This document shows, one piece after another, positions 61,298 to 64,000 of a stretch of DNA of 64,000 nucleotides; position 1 is the first letter of the stretch; each line of letters begins with the position of its first letter. The stretch is taken from the NCBI GenBank assembly GCA_964016885.1, contig OZ024740.1, forward strand, positions 128,588,001 to 128,652,000, in the 5' to 3' direction. This DNA comes from Eledone cirrhosa. Lineage: Eukaryota. The position numbers and the translations under genes were made by a program. The notes beneath the pieces are model-generated. The model made no database searches and had not been told where the DNA came from. It worked only from the letters and a program-made list of their open reading frames with translations.

Positions 61298-63068
61298 CAC
61301 TGTGTAACATTATTTGTTCCCCGGTTCTAAGTATCATTTCCTGGTTTGTCATATCCCATTATTATAAAAAAAATTATTATTATTTAATCAAAAGTTTGGG
61401 TTTGTCGTCAGGAGTTTTATATTACGAAATTTTCATATTTTTCAAGAAGAAAAAAACATTTTTTTAAATTTATCAGTTCATATAATTAAATCAACAGAGT
61501 ATATATTTATTTTATTAGACAAGCTAACAAGTAAAAACAAGTAAAAACAAGTAAAAACAAGCAAACAAGTAAAAACAAATAAGACTTATAAAGCAACTTA
61601 TACACGTCAGAAATGACTGGATTTCCTGGATTTGTGGTTGTAGTCCAGGTTGCATTCCCGCACTAGCCCCATATATAGTTCCCCATCATTCTTTCATTGT
61701 AGTGGCCCTGGTACCTCCGCTCTATCTCTTTCACATCTTCGTGGATTCGTTTGCCTTGTTCTGCTTAGTAGGCGCCCATATTGTCCTCGAATTTTTCCAG
61801 GTGGGCGTCCAGCATATGGAGTTTAAGCGACATCCTGCATCCCATGGCGCCAAAAGCCTTTATCAGATCCTGCACCAGTTGCTGGTAGTTTTCAGCTCTG
61901 TAGTTGCCCAGGAAGCCCTTAACAACTGCCTTGAAACAGTTCCAATGCTGTTCTCTCAATCCTATTGAGCTTATTGGAGAACTCGGTAGACTCAAACACA
62001 TTCTTTATCTGAGGTCCAACAAAAATTCCATCTTTAATTTTGGCCTCAGATAACTTGGGGAAGAACTCAAGAAGGTACTTAAAAGCGGCTGATTCTTGGT
62101 TGAGAGCCTTCACAAACTGCTTCATCAACCCCAACTTAATGTGCAGTGGCGGCATGAGCACAATCCTGGGATCAACCAGTGGCTCCCACATGACGTTCCG
62201 GGTCTCAACTACAAATTCTGTCCGCTGCTCCTAGTTCTTTCTTCAGTAGTGGTCAGAGGTGGCTCTGCTGTCCCAAAGGCAGAGGAAACATTGGAATTTG
62301 ATAAAGCCTCCTTGGAGTCCAAGCAGGAAAGCCACCATCTTGAAGTCTCCAATGATTTCCCAATTGTACTGGTTTTGTATTGCAGAGCTTCCAAGAGGAC
62401 TTTCACGCTGTAGTAATCTTCCTTCAGGCAGACTGAATGAGCTAGGGGCAGTGTCGGTAACTTGCTTCCATTGTGTAGGTGGACAGCCTTCAAACTTGTG
62501 GTGGAGCTGTCTATAAATAGCCGCCACTCCTTGGGGGCACAAACGGCACCCCAATAACGTCAAACAGTTCAGGCACATCATGGCAGAAGCAGAGGCCATC
62601 CCTAAGAGTGTAAAAGCCTGAGAAAGGTTCGTGTCGACTTCTCTGACTTGTCACCTGCACTTCCTCCTTGACCAAGTTCCACTGCTTTATTCTGGAGACG
62701 AATGCTTAAAACACAACTTACCCTTTATTCAGGGTGTGAAAATCCAGTATCAATAAATCTCTTTAATTCACTTTTTAACAATGTTATACTTTATTGCACT
62801 TTTATAATTTTCTTTAGGTATTACTCTTTATTTTATAATTTTAATTTAACCTGAAACATATAGAAAAATCATTTAACATAAACAAAGTAAACTTACATAC
62901 AACGTAAAATCCAGCATACAACTAATTCTAGTGAATAGCTTAGAATTTTTACAAACCCAAACTTTTAACTGTTTAATAGCACTCTTTTTTATTTATTTGC
63001 GACCTAAGCAACACAAAAATGTGATTACAAGCCAGGAACAGAGAGAAAAAAGTTTTTGTTACACGGTG
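61298..63068 (-). mobile_element. Chapaev3-type (CMC superfamily) DNA transposon with decayed transposase
   Basis: Termini CACTGTGTAACA...TGTTACACGGTG with a 3-bp TTA duplication on both sides. Transposase fragments GDFKMVAFLLGLQGGFIKFQCFLCLWDSRA, PPLHIKLGLMKQFVKAL, LSEAKIKDGIFVGPQI, GCRMSLKLHML lie in shifted frames. Family assignment is from recalled motif similarity. Confidence 0.82.
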
Positions 63069-63810
63069 TTATTGAAGAAATGCAAACACTTACTTTATCT
63101 CTAATAATATAGCAAATAATAGCGTATTCCTTATTTTTTAAAAGTTTTCAATGGATAAAAGTATATTAAAGAATCTAAAAAAGGTACTTTCAATTTCGCT
63201 GAGAGCCCCTCAAATTGTATTTCTTATTACTTTTTATATTTACTTTGTTATTTTACACAGGAGTCGAATACATATATTCTACTAGCACTACTTGTTAAAT
63301 CTGTTAATCAAATCTGCTCGTTGTTTCACCGTTGATTTCCTTCCGAAACATGACACTTAATTTCAAGCATATTAGAGAGATTAAAGATGCGTTAACAACA
63401 TTGCTCAGAGGCGCAAAGCCACAATTGTAATACGAATGGCAAAGAGAATTAACGAAGTCTTCAAAGATGAAAGACTTATCAGCTAGATCAATATAAAATT
63501 TGACTTCACTAAATGTCCAAATGTTAAAGATCCATAACACAGAAGAGGTTCCCCGAACCATGCATTGTTTCACTTTTATCATGATGTAATAGCCACAGGC
63601 AAACGACAATTGATAACATAATTAATTTCGTTTAGAATTTTCGGTTCTTCTAGTGATTGCGACATATACATCATCTATACGCATTTATAAAGGCAATTGT
63701 CAGAATTGTATCTACTATATAGCATTCATTAGGAATATTTCTTGTTATTTTTCGAATATCCTCCTATTCACGCTTCTATCATATAGGTATAAATGGATTA
63801 AACAAAACGA

Positions 63811-63945
63811 GGTGGATTGGCAGTATCGGTAGAGGGTTGGAAACCATTCTTGGACTCATAGAGTTACGGTCCTTGCCATTTTGAGTTCAAATCCCGCCGA
63901 GGTTAACTTTGCCTTTCACCCTTACGGGGTCGATAAAATATAAGC
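63811..63945 (+). mobile_element. Same SINE family, 3'-truncated
   Basis: GGTGGATTGGCAGTATCGGTAGAGG...GGGGTCGATAAAATA. Confidence 0.82.
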
Positions 63946-64000
63946 TTTGACGATTGAGTATCACACATATATTAATTTGCGATAGTGCAATATGTTTTGC

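Overview
AT-rich, microsatellite-saturated animal DNA. The tRNA-derived SINE family and the repeat landscape suggest an octopod cephalopod (inference, not verified by search). The window is probably mostly intron or flank of a minus-strand Ig-domain cell-adhesion gene (IgLON/lachesin/DIP-like), of which one clean 150-nt exon is visible (61059-61208). Most predicted ORFs are (TA)n/(CA)n artefacts. Recognisable mobile DNA: a near-full-length decayed RTE LINE, two further RTE fragments, an R4/Dong-type 3' end, a 5'-truncated Naiad/Chlamys-like Penelope element, a Chapaev3-type DNA transposon, a mariner deletion derivative and about 10 SINE copies. The most striking feature is at least five apparently unrelated families of small non-coding elements sitting in (TA)n tracts. 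They share one architecture: a long arm whose 3' end abuts (TA)n, plus a fold-back inverted copy of the 5' part. Three of the families carry complete minimal type I hammerhead ribozyme motifs, including a U3:A8 core variant and a 414-bp tandem 'retrozyme'-like array. Independent copies of a family fold at the same nucleotide.
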